Shown piece by piece: positions 18,125-27,984 of a stretch of 64,000 bases of DNA. The notes below the pieces were generated by a model. The model was not told where the DNA came from and searched no databases. It saw only the letters and a program-made list of their open reading frames with translations. Within the stretch, counting starts at the first letter, position 1. Each line of letters starts with the position of its first letter. Source of the stretch: an uncultured Planctomycetaceae bacterium. GTDB lineage: Bacteria > Planctomycetota > Planctomycetia > Planctomycetales > Planctomycetaceae. A program made the translations under genes and the position numbers. The DNA lies in contig CAWFGE010000015.1 of NCBI GenBank assembly GCA_963815195.1, positions 256,001 to 320,000 of the forward strand, written 5' to 3'.

Positions 18125-20407
18125 ATGGTGATTGATACTGGGCCTTTTTTTCAAGGCCGCAGAAGACGCAAGCACGGATTGCGAGGAGCGATTTATGCTC
18201 GCTATTCCACCCGCTTCCAGCATTCGATTGATGACCAAGTCCGCGAGGACCGCGAGTGGGCCGACCGCAATGGAATCGAGGTGGTCCGAGTTTTTACGGA
18301 TAAGGCCGAGAAAGGACGCAGCACACGGCGGAAGGGACTCAAGGCGTTACAGCAGGCGTTGGAAAACGACGAGATTGATGTCGTGATCGTTTTCACCACG
18401 AACCGGTTGTATCGCAAGATGTACCAGTCGCTGATGTTTGTGGAAGAAGAAATCGTCGACCGTGGCAAACGCTGCGTGTTTGTGCGGTCGGGGATCGATA
18501 CGGCCGATTCGGACGATTGGCGGCAACGGCTCCAACTTCATGCCCTAATTGATGAATTTCTGGTGCAGACCATTGCCAAACACGTGCATGCCGCTCACGA
18601 GGGCTTGCTCTTGCAAATTCGCGTGTTCGGCACGCTCACCTTTGGTTATACGGGAGAAGAAATTCCCGGCGTCACCACGCGGTTAGGACGCCCGGCTCGC
18701 CGGCTGATCATCGATCCGGAAACCAAAAAATGGGTCAAGAAGATCTTTCGCTGGTTTACGCAGTTCGAGTTGAGCTTGGCGGAAATCATTCGTCGCCTCA
18801 ATGCCAAAGGAGCTCCGTTGCCTCCGCGATCCACAACCAAGCGTTGGACTCGTTTAGCGGTCCGCGGAGTGCTCACCAATGCCCGTTACATTGGCTGTTG
18901 GGCCTACGGTTCCACGAAAGCTGTTTGGCTCAACAAAAAGTCTTACAGCCGCCAAGTGCCGCGGGACGCCCCTCTTCGCGAAATTACAATCGAAGATTTG
19001 CGCATCATCGATGATGTGACTTGGGCTAAAGCTCAAGAGCGTTTGCACAATTTGCAGCAAAACGCGGGTCGACACCCCAAGGATGGGGACCGGAAGTCCC
19101 GGCCTCGGGTTCTGAACAATCTGATCTATTGTGAAAAACACCATGAGAAGGCACTTCACGTGGGTAACGCCTACGGCAAATACATGTTTTGCAGTGTTTG
19201 CCGGGATTCCGCGGAACGGTTCCTATTTTCTCAACTTCCCCGAAAGTTGGCTTTGGAACTGATATGCGACCGATTGGCGGCGTTGATCCGCGAGGACGAA
19301 GACCTTATCCAAAAATGTATCACCGCCGCGCAAGAAACCGTGGAGGAATTTGAGCGACCCGATCCGAGTCGGCTTGCCGATCTTAACCGGCAACTCGTGC
19401 GTTTGAACGGGAACATCCAGTTTATCCTGGATGCTCCCGGTGAAACTGATGAAGACCAAGACGAAAACCACAAACGTCTTACCGCCCTGCGTCGCGAACG
19501 AGCGACGGTTCAACGCGAGATTGCCGAGCAGGAGGAACTGGCCCAACGCCCGCTCGATATTCCGAATCCAGACGAAATTCGCGAGCAGTTGGACCAGTTT
19601 GCCGAGATTCTCCAGCGGGCCGCCGAGAGCGACGATCCGGAAGAACTCGCGGCCGCAAGACAGATCATCCGCTTGATCACAGGCGGACGAATCATCGCTT
19701 CCCAATGTGGGGAGCGAAAACAGAAGCGAGGCTGGGTGCGGTTGCGGTTTTCCGTCAATCTCCTTCGCCTCATCAGCATTCCGAATGATGTTTCGTCGAA
19801 CGGCGAACTGGAAGTTGAGATTGACGTTCTGCCGCCGGACACGACCGAACACGAATCGGAGCGGGTGAAGAAGCTTTATGATGCCGGATTGGAGATTCGG
19901 GAAATCGCGAATCAAACCGGTTGGCATCGGAATCGCGTGACCAAACTACTCAAATATTGGTTTGAATCGCGCGGGCTCGAAATGCCGAACAACCGCGCCC
20001 GGCGGCATCAGTTGCCAAAAAAGCAAGAGGATCTTCCGGTCTACCAACAGATTGCCGATGAAGTGCATTCGTTGTGGTTCGACGGGCTGTCGGATTCCGA
20101 AATGGGCCGCCGGTTTGGGTGCAGTGATACCACCGTGCAAAAGGCTTTTGTTTGGTGGCACACGTCCCGGAATCTGCCGGTTCCGAACAAGGAAAGCCGC
20201 CGTCAAGCTTTGCGGGAACGGGTGAAACGGCTTTCTGACCGGAGGGTCCCTCTTAAGAAGATTGCGAAAGACGTGGGCGTTTCCGACGTCACGGTCCGCA
20301 AGTTGTTGAAGGAATGGTATGCCGACCAAGGGCTTTCCATGCCGGACGGTCGGACGACGCGACACCAGCCGCCCAAGCCGGGGGACAACACCTCCACAAT
20401 GGCATAG
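18125..20407 (+). CDS. Large serine recombinase with C-terminal tandem HTH extension (start uncertain)
   Basis: AIYARYST (catalytic Ser), SIDDQ, RKGL, NRLYR, FGY, L-NARYIG, RIIDDVTW--AQ, zinc-ribbon, coiled coil, three HTH-like repeats. Confidence 0.92.
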   Translation: MVIDTGPFFQGRRRRKHGLRGAIYARYSTRFQHSIDDQVREDREWADRNGIEVVRVFTDKAEKGRSTRRKGLKALQQALENDEIDVVIVFTTNRLYRKMYQSLMFVEEEIVDRGKRCVFVRSGIDTADSDDWRQRLQLHALIDEFLVQTIAKHVHAAHEGLLLQIRVFGTLTFGYTGEEIPGVTTRLGRPARRLIIDPETKKWVKKIFRWFTQFELSLAEIIRRLNAKGAPLPPRSTTKRWTRLAVRGVLTNARYIGCWAYGSTKAVWLNKKSYSRQVPRDAPLREITIEDLRIIDDVTWAKAQERLHNLQQNAGRHPKDGDRKSRPRVLNNLIYCEKHHEKALHVGNAYGKYMFCSVCRDSAERFLFSQLPRKLALELICDRLAALIREDEDLIQKCITAAQETVEEFERPDPSRLADLNRQLVRLNGNIQFILDAPGETDEDQDENHKRLTALRRERATVQREIAEQEELAQRPLDIPNPDEIREQLDQFAEILQRAAESDDPEELAAARQIIRLITGGRIIASQCGERKQKRGWVRLRFSVNLLRLISIPNDVSSNGELEVEIDVLPPDTTEHESERVKKLYDAGLEIREIANQTGWHRNRVTKLLKYWFESRGLEMPNNRARRHQLPKKQEDLPVYQQIADEVHSLWFDGLSDSEMGRRFGCSDTTVQKAFVWWHTSRNLPVPNKESRRQALRERVKRLSDRRVPLKKIAKDVGVSDVTVRKLLKEWYADQGLSMPDGRTTRHQPPKPGDNTSTMA

Positions 20408-20450
20408 AAAAGTCCGTTCCCAACACAATTTCTCCAAATCAATCGATACA

Positions 20451-20480
20451 GCGGAGTCGTCCTGTGCGACTCCGCTTTTC
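20451..20480 (+). terminator. Intrinsic terminator-like hairpin after the recombinase
   Basis: gcggagtcg-tcctgtg-cgactccgc-tttt. Confidence 0.65.
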
Positions 20481-20570
20481 ATTTGGGACGACGCAAACCC
20501 ACGCGATTTTGGGCTCCGCCTTCGTCAACACAACAATCTTTATCCATACTTTCCAAAAGGGAACTTATCA

Positions 20571-21392
20571 ATGACAAGTCTCACGCCTTCCGCCCGCACG
20601 ACTTCCGAAAGGGATCCAACGGTCTCGACATCGCACAATAGAACACCCTCAGCCGCCGTGTTGAGCTATACCACCCGAGGTGCGGTAACGAAACCGTTCG
20701 TGGAAATCGAAAACCTCATATGGCTTGTGCTGCATCAGGATGATCGTCGCGAGATATCTGAACTTCGTTTGGCGGGTTACACCGGTGGCCCTGTCCCTTG
20801 GGGCGTCGGTTGGGGCGGTGCCGAGCGAATGCTGTTCGAGAAGAACCTGCATTTGCAGCCCCAATTTGGTGCACGCGGTCGCCGTTTGAATCTGCGGCAG
20901 GCAAATGTTGTTCGACATGCGCGCCGCATGAAGCGTATCCTCCGACTTCGCCCCAACGCCCAAAAAGTTGCAATCCGAGAACGAATCCAACTCCCGCGTT
21001 TGTGGGCCGCCTTCGATAAAGCGATGGCTGAAACCATCACAGGGGACGGACCCGAGTTTTCTGGAATGTGTCATCTCACGGGCCAATCGCCATCCGAGCT
21101 TTTGGTTTCCTCGCAGCGAACCATTGGGAATCTCATTGCGTTTCCGCTGGATTGGGTCAGTCATGCCTGGGAAAAGATTGTCCAAATCTACGCCGATCTC
21201 GAACGATTTCCACGTTATCAAGTCGTTCCTTTCGGTAATACGGGAGCATCCCTGAGGGGTTACCGTGGCGCTTGCGAGTTCGACTTCTACGAAACTCGGT
21301 TTGCTACTCCTTCCACCAAACCGTTCGTCTCCATTGAAGAAGGCGCTCGAAACACTTCTAACGAAGAGGTTTGCGAAATCACCCTCACCTAA
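20571..21392 (+). CDS. Hypothetical protein (273 aa)
   Basis: Open frame with RBS-like aaaggga before ATG; no family recognised. Confidence 0.6.
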   Translation: MTSLTPSARTTSERDPTVSTSHNRTPSAAVLSYTTRGAVTKPFVEIENLIWLVLHQDDRREISELRLAGYTGGPVPWGVGWGGAERMLFEKNLHLQPQFGARGRRLNLRQANVVRHARRMKRILRLRPNAQKVAIRERIQLPRLWAAFDKAMAETITGDGPEFSGMCHLTGQSPSELLVSSQRTIGNLIAFPLDWVSHAWEKIVQIYADLERFPRYQVVPFGNTGASLRGYRGACEFDFYETRFATPSTKPFVSIEEGARNTSNEEVCEITLT

Positions 21393-21576
21393 ATTCAGGC
21401 CAAAAAGGTGGCATTATATAAGGGGAATGCTTACCTCTTGGCGAGCGGTCCATTCACATTTTCGGCTCGGCGATTTTCCAGTCATTTGGCTGGTGTCGCC
21501 GAGCTTTTTTTCGTTTCACCGAAAGGAGATCAGATATGCCGAACAAACCAACGCTGTCGGTGGTAAGCCTGAGAGA

Positions 21577-22296
21577 ATGCCGGTTGATGCGCGCCATCAA
21601 TGTCACCGAGGAAGGAAACCGATCATCGTGCGAGGATTGACACCATCAGCAAATTTACACGACGAGTCTAAAGCGGTTGCAACGCACGGAAAGCCGTTAC
21701 TGGTGTTTCTGGAAGGAACGCACGATATTGCTTGTCTCAAACAATTCAGCCGGATGGTGAATGCAACCGATCCCACATTCGCCGATTTGAGTGAATGGGA
21801 ACGAAATGGCCAGATCGTGTTTCTGCCGGTGGGTGGGAGCAACCTTAAAACTTGGACAAATCGGCTGCGGCATCTGGGCCATAAAGAATTTCATCTCTAC
21901 GACAGAGAAGACCGTTTCATTGCCGAAGACCGCGCCCGAATCGTGGCGGCCATCAATCGACGATCCGACTGCTTTGCGGTGTTAACCCAAAGGCGGGCCC
22001 TGGAAAATTACATCCATCCGAAGGTTGTCGCGCAGGCGTTGGGGATTGATGTCCAATTTGGCGATGGGGATGATGTCCCGGAAGTCGTCGCCAAAGAGTT
22101 ACTAAGGCAAGCCAACGGCCCGGCTTGGGAAGACTTATCCCCGCGAGGTCGAAAGCGACTGAAAGACCGAGGCAAGAAACGATTGAACAATGAGGCGGTT
22201 GGCCTCATGACCTACGAGCTACTCAGGGATTGGGATCCGCGAGGAGAAGTCATCGGCTGGATTGAGGCCATTAGACGCTTGGTCATTAACAAATAA
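21577..22296 (+). CDS. Stand-alone TOPRIM domain, OLD-nuclease-like (start uncertain)
   Basis: VFLEGTHD, FLPVGG, LYDRE, RALENYIHP match OLD-family TOPRIM motifs; no ATPase domain. Confidence 0.7.
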   Translation: MPVDARHQCHRGRKPIIVRGLTPSANLHDESKAVATHGKPLLVFLEGTHDIACLKQFSRMVNATDPTFADLSEWERNGQIVFLPVGGSNLKTWTNRLRHLGHKEFHLYDREDRFIAEDRARIVAAINRRSDCFAVLTQRRALENYIHPKVVAQALGIDVQFGDGDDVPEVVAKELLRQANGPAWEDLSPRGRKRLKDRGKKRLNNEAVGLMTYELLRDWDPRGEVIGWIEAIRRLVINK

Positions 22297-22335
22297 TAAA
22301 TCCATTCATCGAGCACAGAGAGGAGAAGAGATTTT

Positions 22336-22704
22336 ATGTCGCACATCGTAACGATCTTGACCGAAGTCCGTGACCAAGCCGCCGTCGAAGCGGCTTGCCA
22401 TCGACTTAAATTACCCGTTCCAACCCACCGCATTGTTCAGCTCTTTAGCGGTTCGGCAACCGGGTTGGCGGTGGAACTTCCAGATTGGCGGTATCCGCTC
22501 GTCTGCGATTTGCCAAAAGGCGAACTGCATTACGACAATTTCAACGAACGCTGGGGCGAAAAACGACATCTGGACAGTTTTCTGCAAGCCTATGCGATCG
22601 AGCGGACTCGCATCGAATGCCATCGCCAAGGATATACCATCACCGAGCAGCCTCTCGAAGACGGTTCCGTCAAACTCAGTGTGAATGTTGGGGGGACGCT
22701 ATGA
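22336..22704 (+). CDS. DUF1257 (Ycf35-like) protein
   Basis: MSHIVTILTEVRD--A---AC-RL ... FLQAYA-E----E----GY-ITEQ-LEDGSVKLSV. Confidence 0.8.
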   Translation: MSHIVTILTEVRDQAAVEAACHRLKLPVPTHRIVQLFSGSATGLAVELPDWRYPLVCDLPKGELHYDNFNERWGEKRHLDSFLQAYAIERTRIECHRQGYTITEQPLEDGSVKLSVNVGGTL

Positions 22705-22892
22705 AAACAATTGAGATTATCGTCTCACCGGAGGGGCAAACGCGGCTCGAAACCAAAGGCTTTTCCGGGCAAGAATGTCAACAGGCAAGTCGGTTTCTCG
22801 AAAAAGCCTTGGGCCAAACGGCAAAGGAACAACTGAAACCCGAGTTTTATCAAATCGAACGCACGACGGAGCAACAAATCGAAAACGAATAG
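22701..22892 (+). CDS. DUF2997 small protein
   Basis: MKTIEIIVSPEGQTRLETKGFSGQECQQASRFLEKALG...KPEFYQ; ATGA overlap with DUF1257 gene. Confidence 0.8.
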   Translation: MKTIEIIVSPEGQTRLETKGFSGQECQQASRFLEKALGQTAKEQLKPEFYQIERTTEQQIENE

Positions 22893-22914
22893 TTGTTGCT
22901 TCCGACACTTTACC

Positions 22915-22965
22915 AGCCCTTGGTTTTCCGTCTTCTGTAAGGAGGGAAAACCAAGGGCTTTTTTT
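22915..22965 (+). terminator. Strong stem-loop plus U-tract inside the gene cluster
   Basis: agcccttggttttcc ... ggaaaaccaagggct-tttttt (15-bp stem). Confidence 0.7.
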
Positions 22966-22988
22966 CGTTTCTGAATCAGGAGTTTTCT

Positions 22989-24485
22989 ATGTCGCTTTCT
23001 GAAGAACTGCAGGAGCATATCGCAGCCTGTTTTACAGGGCTCTGGATTGAGACCGCCGAGCGCGAGGATGCGCTATTGGAGATTTCTCTCCTTTGCCGTC
23101 AACACGATTGGAACTTGGCCGTGTGGGATGTGGAGCAAGGGTTTCAATGTGCTGGCGAATCGCATTCGGAATCTCAAGCCGGCACAGCGGACCCCTTGGC
23201 CGCAATTCGCACGCTCAACGCTCTGGCAACACCGACGGGGTCCGCTCTGTTGGTTCTCCCCGATTTTCACCGGTTCTTGAATTCTGCCGAGATTGTGCAA
23301 GCCTTACGGCGGCAAATCGTTCAAGGCAAGCAGAACCGAACCTTTGTGATTATCCTCTCTCCGGTCGTTCAAATTCCTGTTGAGCTCGAAACATTGTTCT
23401 TGGTCCTGCACCACGAACGTCCCAACCGGGAGCAGTTAGCAGAGATCGCCCAAGGCATTGCAACCGAGGCGGGGGAACTGCCCGAAGGGGAAGCCCTCGA
23501 CCGGGTCTTGGATGCCGCAGCCGGATTGACCCGCTACGAAGCAGAAGGGGCGTTTTCCCTTTCTTTGGTTCGCGAAGGGGCTATCGGTCCCGAAGCGATT
23601 TGGCAGTTGAAATCCCAGACCTTTCAGAAGGCGGGATTGCTGCAGCTCTATCGCGGACGCGAAACCTTTTCGGACCTGGGCGGATTGGAAACTCTGAAGA
23701 ATTTTTGTTTGCGGGCCATGCGTCAGCAAGGCAACCCCGATCCGCTCAAGCGTCCCAAAGGCGTGATGCTGCTTTCGCCGCCCGGTTGTGGGAAAAGCAG
23801 TTTTGCGAAAAGCCTCGGCCATGAGACGGGGCGACCCACAATTATTCTGGACGTGGGCCGACTCTATGGGGGCATCGTGGGCGAAACCGAGAAGAATGTT
23901 CGGCAGGCGTTTCAAATGATTGATGCCATGCAACCCGCCGTGGTAATGCTGGACGAAGTCGAAAAAGCGTTGTCTGGTGTGGGCGGATCGGGCCGCAGCG
24001 ATTCCGGTGTTTCCTCGCGGTTGTTTGGAAATTTCTTAACGTGGCTTAACGATCACGAAAGCGACACCTTCGTGATCTGCACTTGCAACGACATCTCGTC
24101 TTTACCAGCCGAGTTCTCCAGGGCCGGTCGCTTTGACGGCCTATTCTTCATTGACCTCCCCAATGCGGAAGAACGCAACGCGATCTGGGCGATTTGCTTG
24201 CGGACGTTTTCCCTTGATCCCGCTCAGCCCAAGCCCAAGGACGATTTATTTACCGGCGCTGAGATTCACGCCTGTTGTCGCTTGGCCGCCTTGTTGGATG
24301 TGCCATTAGTTGAAGCCGCAACGAACGTCGTCCCCATTGCGAAGACCGCGGCTGAATCGATTGAAAAGCTCAGGCAATGGGCCAGCGGCCGCTGTCTCTC
24401 GGCTAGTCAGCCGGGACTTTATGAGTATCAAAGTGGGTCCCCAAAGAAGCGGCGGCAGATCCCGCGCGATCCGTCTGCGAATTGA
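22989..24485 (+). CDS. AAA+ ATPase (Ycf46-like: degenerate N-terminal module plus active AAA module)
   Basis: DLGGLETLK, SPPGCGKS (Walker A), VMLDEVEK (Walker B), RAGRFD (Arg finger), FTGAEI. Confidence 0.92.
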   Translation: MSLSEELQEHIAACFTGLWIETAEREDALLEISLLCRQHDWNLAVWDVEQGFQCAGESHSESQAGTADPLAAIRTLNALATPTGSALLVLPDFHRFLNSAEIVQALRRQIVQGKQNRTFVIILSPVVQIPVELETLFLVLHHERPNREQLAEIAQGIATEAGELPEGEALDRVLDAAAGLTRYEAEGAFSLSLVREGAIGPEAIWQLKSQTFQKAGLLQLYRGRETFSDLGGLETLKNFCLRAMRQQGNPDPLKRPKGVMLLSPPGCGKSSFAKSLGHETGRPTIILDVGRLYGGIVGETEKNVRQAFQMIDAMQPAVVMLDEVEKALSGVGGSGRSDSGVSSRLFGNFLTWLNDHESDTFVICTCNDISSLPAEFSRAGRFDGLFFIDLPNAEERNAIWAICLRTFSLDPAQPKPKDDLFTGAEIHACCRLAALLDVPLVEAATNVVPIAKTAAESIEKLRQWASGRCLSASQPGLYEYQSGSPKKRRQIPRDPSAN

Positions 24486-24517
24486 GCAGTTCACATTGCC
24501 CTTCACTCTTTCCTGAA

Positions 24518-25873
24518 CTGGACTTTTGCAAAATCAGGTTAATCCCAATTTGGCGATGATATGGTCATAGCTTTGCGATTTCTCTGTGGCTTGTTGGATG
24601 GCCCAGGCCAGTGTGGTCCGCAGGGTCTCTCCAAGCATGGCGCGGCAGGCTTCGCCGATGGTCGTCAGCCGAGAGAGTGCCCAATCTTTCGCATGGTTCT
24701 GCTGGAGTTGGCTCACGAGCAAACTGTACGCCAGCATGACCAAATACATGTGCCTGGTCTGGCCCTGGCCATTGCGCAGCTGACAGTCTCCCATGCCCAG
24801 CTCTTGCTTGCCATCCCGATGATAGGTCTCCGTGCCTGTCCAGCGATGTCGATAGACTTTGAGGATCCGCGTCACTTCCCAGCGCACCCGATTGGTCACC
24901 AGAATCTTTTTTGGCGTTTTGTCCCGTCGCTTGTCCCAGAGGATCACGATCCGCACTTTATGATTCACTTCCGGAATGCGAATCGTGCAGGTGAAATACC
25001 ATTGCCGTCTTGTCGCCGCGGCGAAGTTCCTTGCGGCTTTCTGGCTCGATCGTGGCCGCGAACTCCTCGGCCTTATATTGCCAGCCTTTGACCTCGATCT
25101 TGCGGTTGAATTTCAAGTCGCCCACGTAGCCCCGCGGCCGGTCGAACTTGTCCTTCTTCGATGGATGTGGTTCAGGTTCTCCGCGTTGGTGAAGTAACTG
25201 TCGAAGGTGAAATCGCCGGGGATGTTCCGCGCAGACCCAGTCGATCAACTCGCAGAACAACACCGTGTGGTTCTTGAACGTCTCGCCGGTGGCCTCGCAC
25301 TGGACGCGTTTTTTGAAGCGGCGAAACTCCAGCGGATAATGTTTGCCGCTCGGCGCAGACGTAGTTGACGAACAGATAATCGTGGGCGATCTTGTGGCGG
25401 CTCTCGGCGTGATCCCAGAACCAGCCCACATCCTTGATGAACTGGCCGTCGTGGTCGATCAGCACATCGTCGATGGCGATCACGCCCTGGTCGCTGTACT
25501 GGGTCGTCGCATCCTGTTGCAACAGTTCCAGCCGCCGTTCGTTGAGCGCCTTCTCATCCCAGTCGACTTCGGTGAGGAACCGGTTCAGACAGGATTGGTC
25601 CGTGGTTTCGGCAAACTCGCCGTTGATGCCGGTGATGGTTTTGTTGTGGGCCACCATCAATCCGGTGAGATACTCCGCAAAGTGCCGCCGTTGCGGTTCG
25701 CAGGAAAACAAGTCACCAAATTCTTCGACCGCGTCCAAAACGACTTGGGGGAACTCGACGATTCCTGGCATGCTCGCTACCTCCCTGGTCCGTGTGCGCC
25801 ATCCGAATTGACGTCAATTAGACACAAAATCGCCTATTTTTCCAGGGCGATCTAAAAGATTGCAAAAGTTTAG
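24518..25873 (-). mobile_element. IS701-family IS; transposase (24534-25771) frameshifted
   Basis: TIRs ctggacttttgcaa / ttgcaaaagtttag; 5-bp TSD CTGAA (24513-24517, 25874-25878); VIAIDD and RW--ETYHRDGKQELG motifs. Confidence 0.88.
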
Positions 25874-25912
25874 CTGAACACTATTTGATCCCTTTCAGAA
25901 AGGAACGATTTA

Positions 25913-26881
25913 ATGACGACAGCACTTGATGATCAGCAAATGGAACTCTCGGCCGAAGCGGCTCAACGTTTGCGGTCCAGCACCGCCGCGGTGCGTTTGA
26001 GTATCAAATGGCTGGGGACGCGGAAGACACTCACCCCCGGTCAACGAGCCGAGGCCGCGGAATCGTTTGGCGCGGAAGGTCAGTTTCTCTCCGCCGGGAA
26101 AAAACTCTTGGACGTGCGGCATTCCGCATTTCGGGCGGTGACGGCGATTCGCACCAAAGCCGTGGCCCATTGGAAGGCGGAGACTTTGCCCTTTCCGGAG
26201 CCGGGCTTGCGACTGATCCGCCAGAACCGCATTGCCGATTTCGATGCCCGCATGCGGGATTGGAGTGCGGAACTCGATGAGGCGGTCGAAAATCTCGACC
26301 AACACTACACCGAACTGAAGCAGGCGGCTGCTCAGCGATTGGGGCGGCTGTATAATCCCGCCGACTATCCCGAAAGCCTGACTGGAGCCTTTGAAATCAG
26401 TTGGGACTTCCCGAGCGTCGAGCCGCCGGACTATCTGCGGCGATTGCATCCCGAACTTTATGAACAAGAATGCCGCCGCGTGGCCAATCGGTTTGATGAG
26501 GCCTTGCAATTGGCCGAGCAGGCTTTCTTGGAGGAGTTGCACAAGTTGATCACTCATCTCACCGAACGTCTCTCGGGGGATGAGGACGGACAGCCGAAAG
26601 TTTTTCGCAATTCGGCCATCGAAAACCTGACGGAGTTCTTCACCCGCTTCGGTCAGCTCAATGTGCGTTCCAATGCCGAGTTGGATCGTCTTGTCGATCA
26701 AGCCCGGGAGATTGTGACGGGCGTCCAGCCGCAAAGTTTGCGTGACAACCACGTGCTCCGGCAAAGCGTGGCCCAGGAACTTGGCGAAGTGCAGACGGTT
26801 CTGGATGATTTGTTGGTGGACCGTCCCCGGCGGAATATCTTGCGCTCGCCCAAGAGCCAGCAGCCAACGGAGTCGGAATAA
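25913..26881 (+). CDS. DUF3150-like helical protein
   Basis: SAGKKLLD, TLPFPEPG-RL, LGRLYNPADYP, FRNSAIENL-EF; family call by resemblance only. Confidence 0.6.
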   Translation: MTTALDDQQMELSAEAAQRLRSSTAAVRLSIKWLGTRKTLTPGQRAEAAESFGAEGQFLSAGKKLLDVRHSAFRAVTAIRTKAVAHWKAETLPFPEPGLRLIRQNRIADFDARMRDWSAELDEAVENLDQHYTELKQAAAQRLGRLYNPADYPESLTGAFEISWDFPSVEPPDYLRRLHPELYEQECRRVANRFDEALQLAEQAFLEELHKLITHLTERLSGDEDGQPKVFRNSAIENLTEFFTRFGQLNVRSNAELDRLVDQAREIVTGVQPQSLRDNHVLRQSVAQELGEVQTVLDDLLVDRPRRNILRSPKSQQPTESE

Positions 26882-27157
26882 TGGATCTCCGCATCGAACC
26901 CGGCGGTTGCATTCGCACGATTTACAGCGAAGAGATCCCCTTACGAGCACTGGGCCGGTTGACCATCCGTCGCGGCAGCCACGTGGAACCTGATCAAAAC
27001 GGCTATTGGTTTGCTGATCTTGCTCCAGTGGACGGTCCACGATTGGGGCCGTTTACTCTTGCGAAGCGATGCTCTGGCTGCCGAACAACATTGGCTCGAA
27101 ACGCATTGGCTCACTCGACCATCAAACGAAGAAGGGTTTCCCAAAGCCGAATCATAG
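26881..27157 (+). CDS. Small hypothetical protein, frameshifted near 27060
   Basis: IRTIYSEEIPL--LG-L-IRRGSHVEPD--G-WFADL-PV-GP-LGPF then RSDALAAEQHWLETHWL in another frame. Confidence 0.6.
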
Positions 27158-27281
27158 TTGCCTTTCAATTAGGCGAAACTAAAAACGCAAGCACGATACA
27201 GCCTCGCGCTGTGCGAGGTGGTTATGTTTTTTCACATGACCGCCTCGCAAGGGGCGGTCACTATTCCAAGGAGACTGTCCT

Positions 27282-27563
27282 ATGCGTCTGCGGAAATGCG
27301 AGCGAAAGCCCTCGCAGGATTTGGTTCTTGCCGTGGCCTTGGCCACGGGGGAATCCATCCACTTGATTCACCAACGCGGCTTTCAACTTGTTGTCGAACC
27401 ACCCGAGCAACTGGAACAGCGACTGGGTCTCTCGTGCCCCGGTTGTGGTCAGGAAAACCTGCTCAGTGAGCGGGGACTTGAAGAACTGCCCGAGTGGGCC
27501 GAGTGTCCGCGTTGCGAAGCCGCTTATCCCTACCGCCACGAAGAAATCTACACCCTCGATTAA
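27282..27563 (+). CDS. Small zinc-ribbon protein
   Basis: CPGC ... CPRC; aaggag RBS. Confidence 0.65.
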   Translation: MRLRKCERKPSQDLVLAVALATGESIHLIHQRGFQLVVEPPEQLEQRLGLSCPGCGQENLLSERGLEELPEWAECPRCEAAYPYRHEEIYTLD

Positions 27564-27661
27564 CACATCCGAAGAACACCACTGCACCAACCATCGAATG
27601 CGTCCGCTTCCCAAGTGGGGAGCAATCCCTTTTCTTTCTCACGCTTGAGGAAATTTAAGCC

Positions 27662-27898
27662 ATGACACAGTCCCTGAACGTTCTCTACATCAACAATGAT
27701 GGAGCCGGATTCGCCGACTATTTGAATGTCGCTCCCGGCACGACCGTCCAAGCCTTTTTCGCCGAGCGAATTCCCGGTGGTCGGGCTCAGGATTATTTGA
27801 TCCGCGTGAACCGCTTGCCCGTCGCCTCCGACTACGTCCTTCAAGATGGTGATCGCGTGACGATCACTCCCACGAAGATTGAGGGAGCCATTTCGTAG
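27662..27898 (+). CDS. Ubiquitin-like (MoaD/ThiS beta-grasp) protein with a short C-terminal extension after Gly
   Basis: 78 aa; [31 protein letters not shown]. Confidence 0.85.
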   Translation: [78 protein letters not shown]

Positions 27899-27984
27899 CG
27901 TTCTCGTCCCATTTGAAGTTGCAACGAGGCGAGGTCGCCGGGAAATGAACCGGTGGCCTCGCTTCTTTATCCCGAAAGGAAAAC

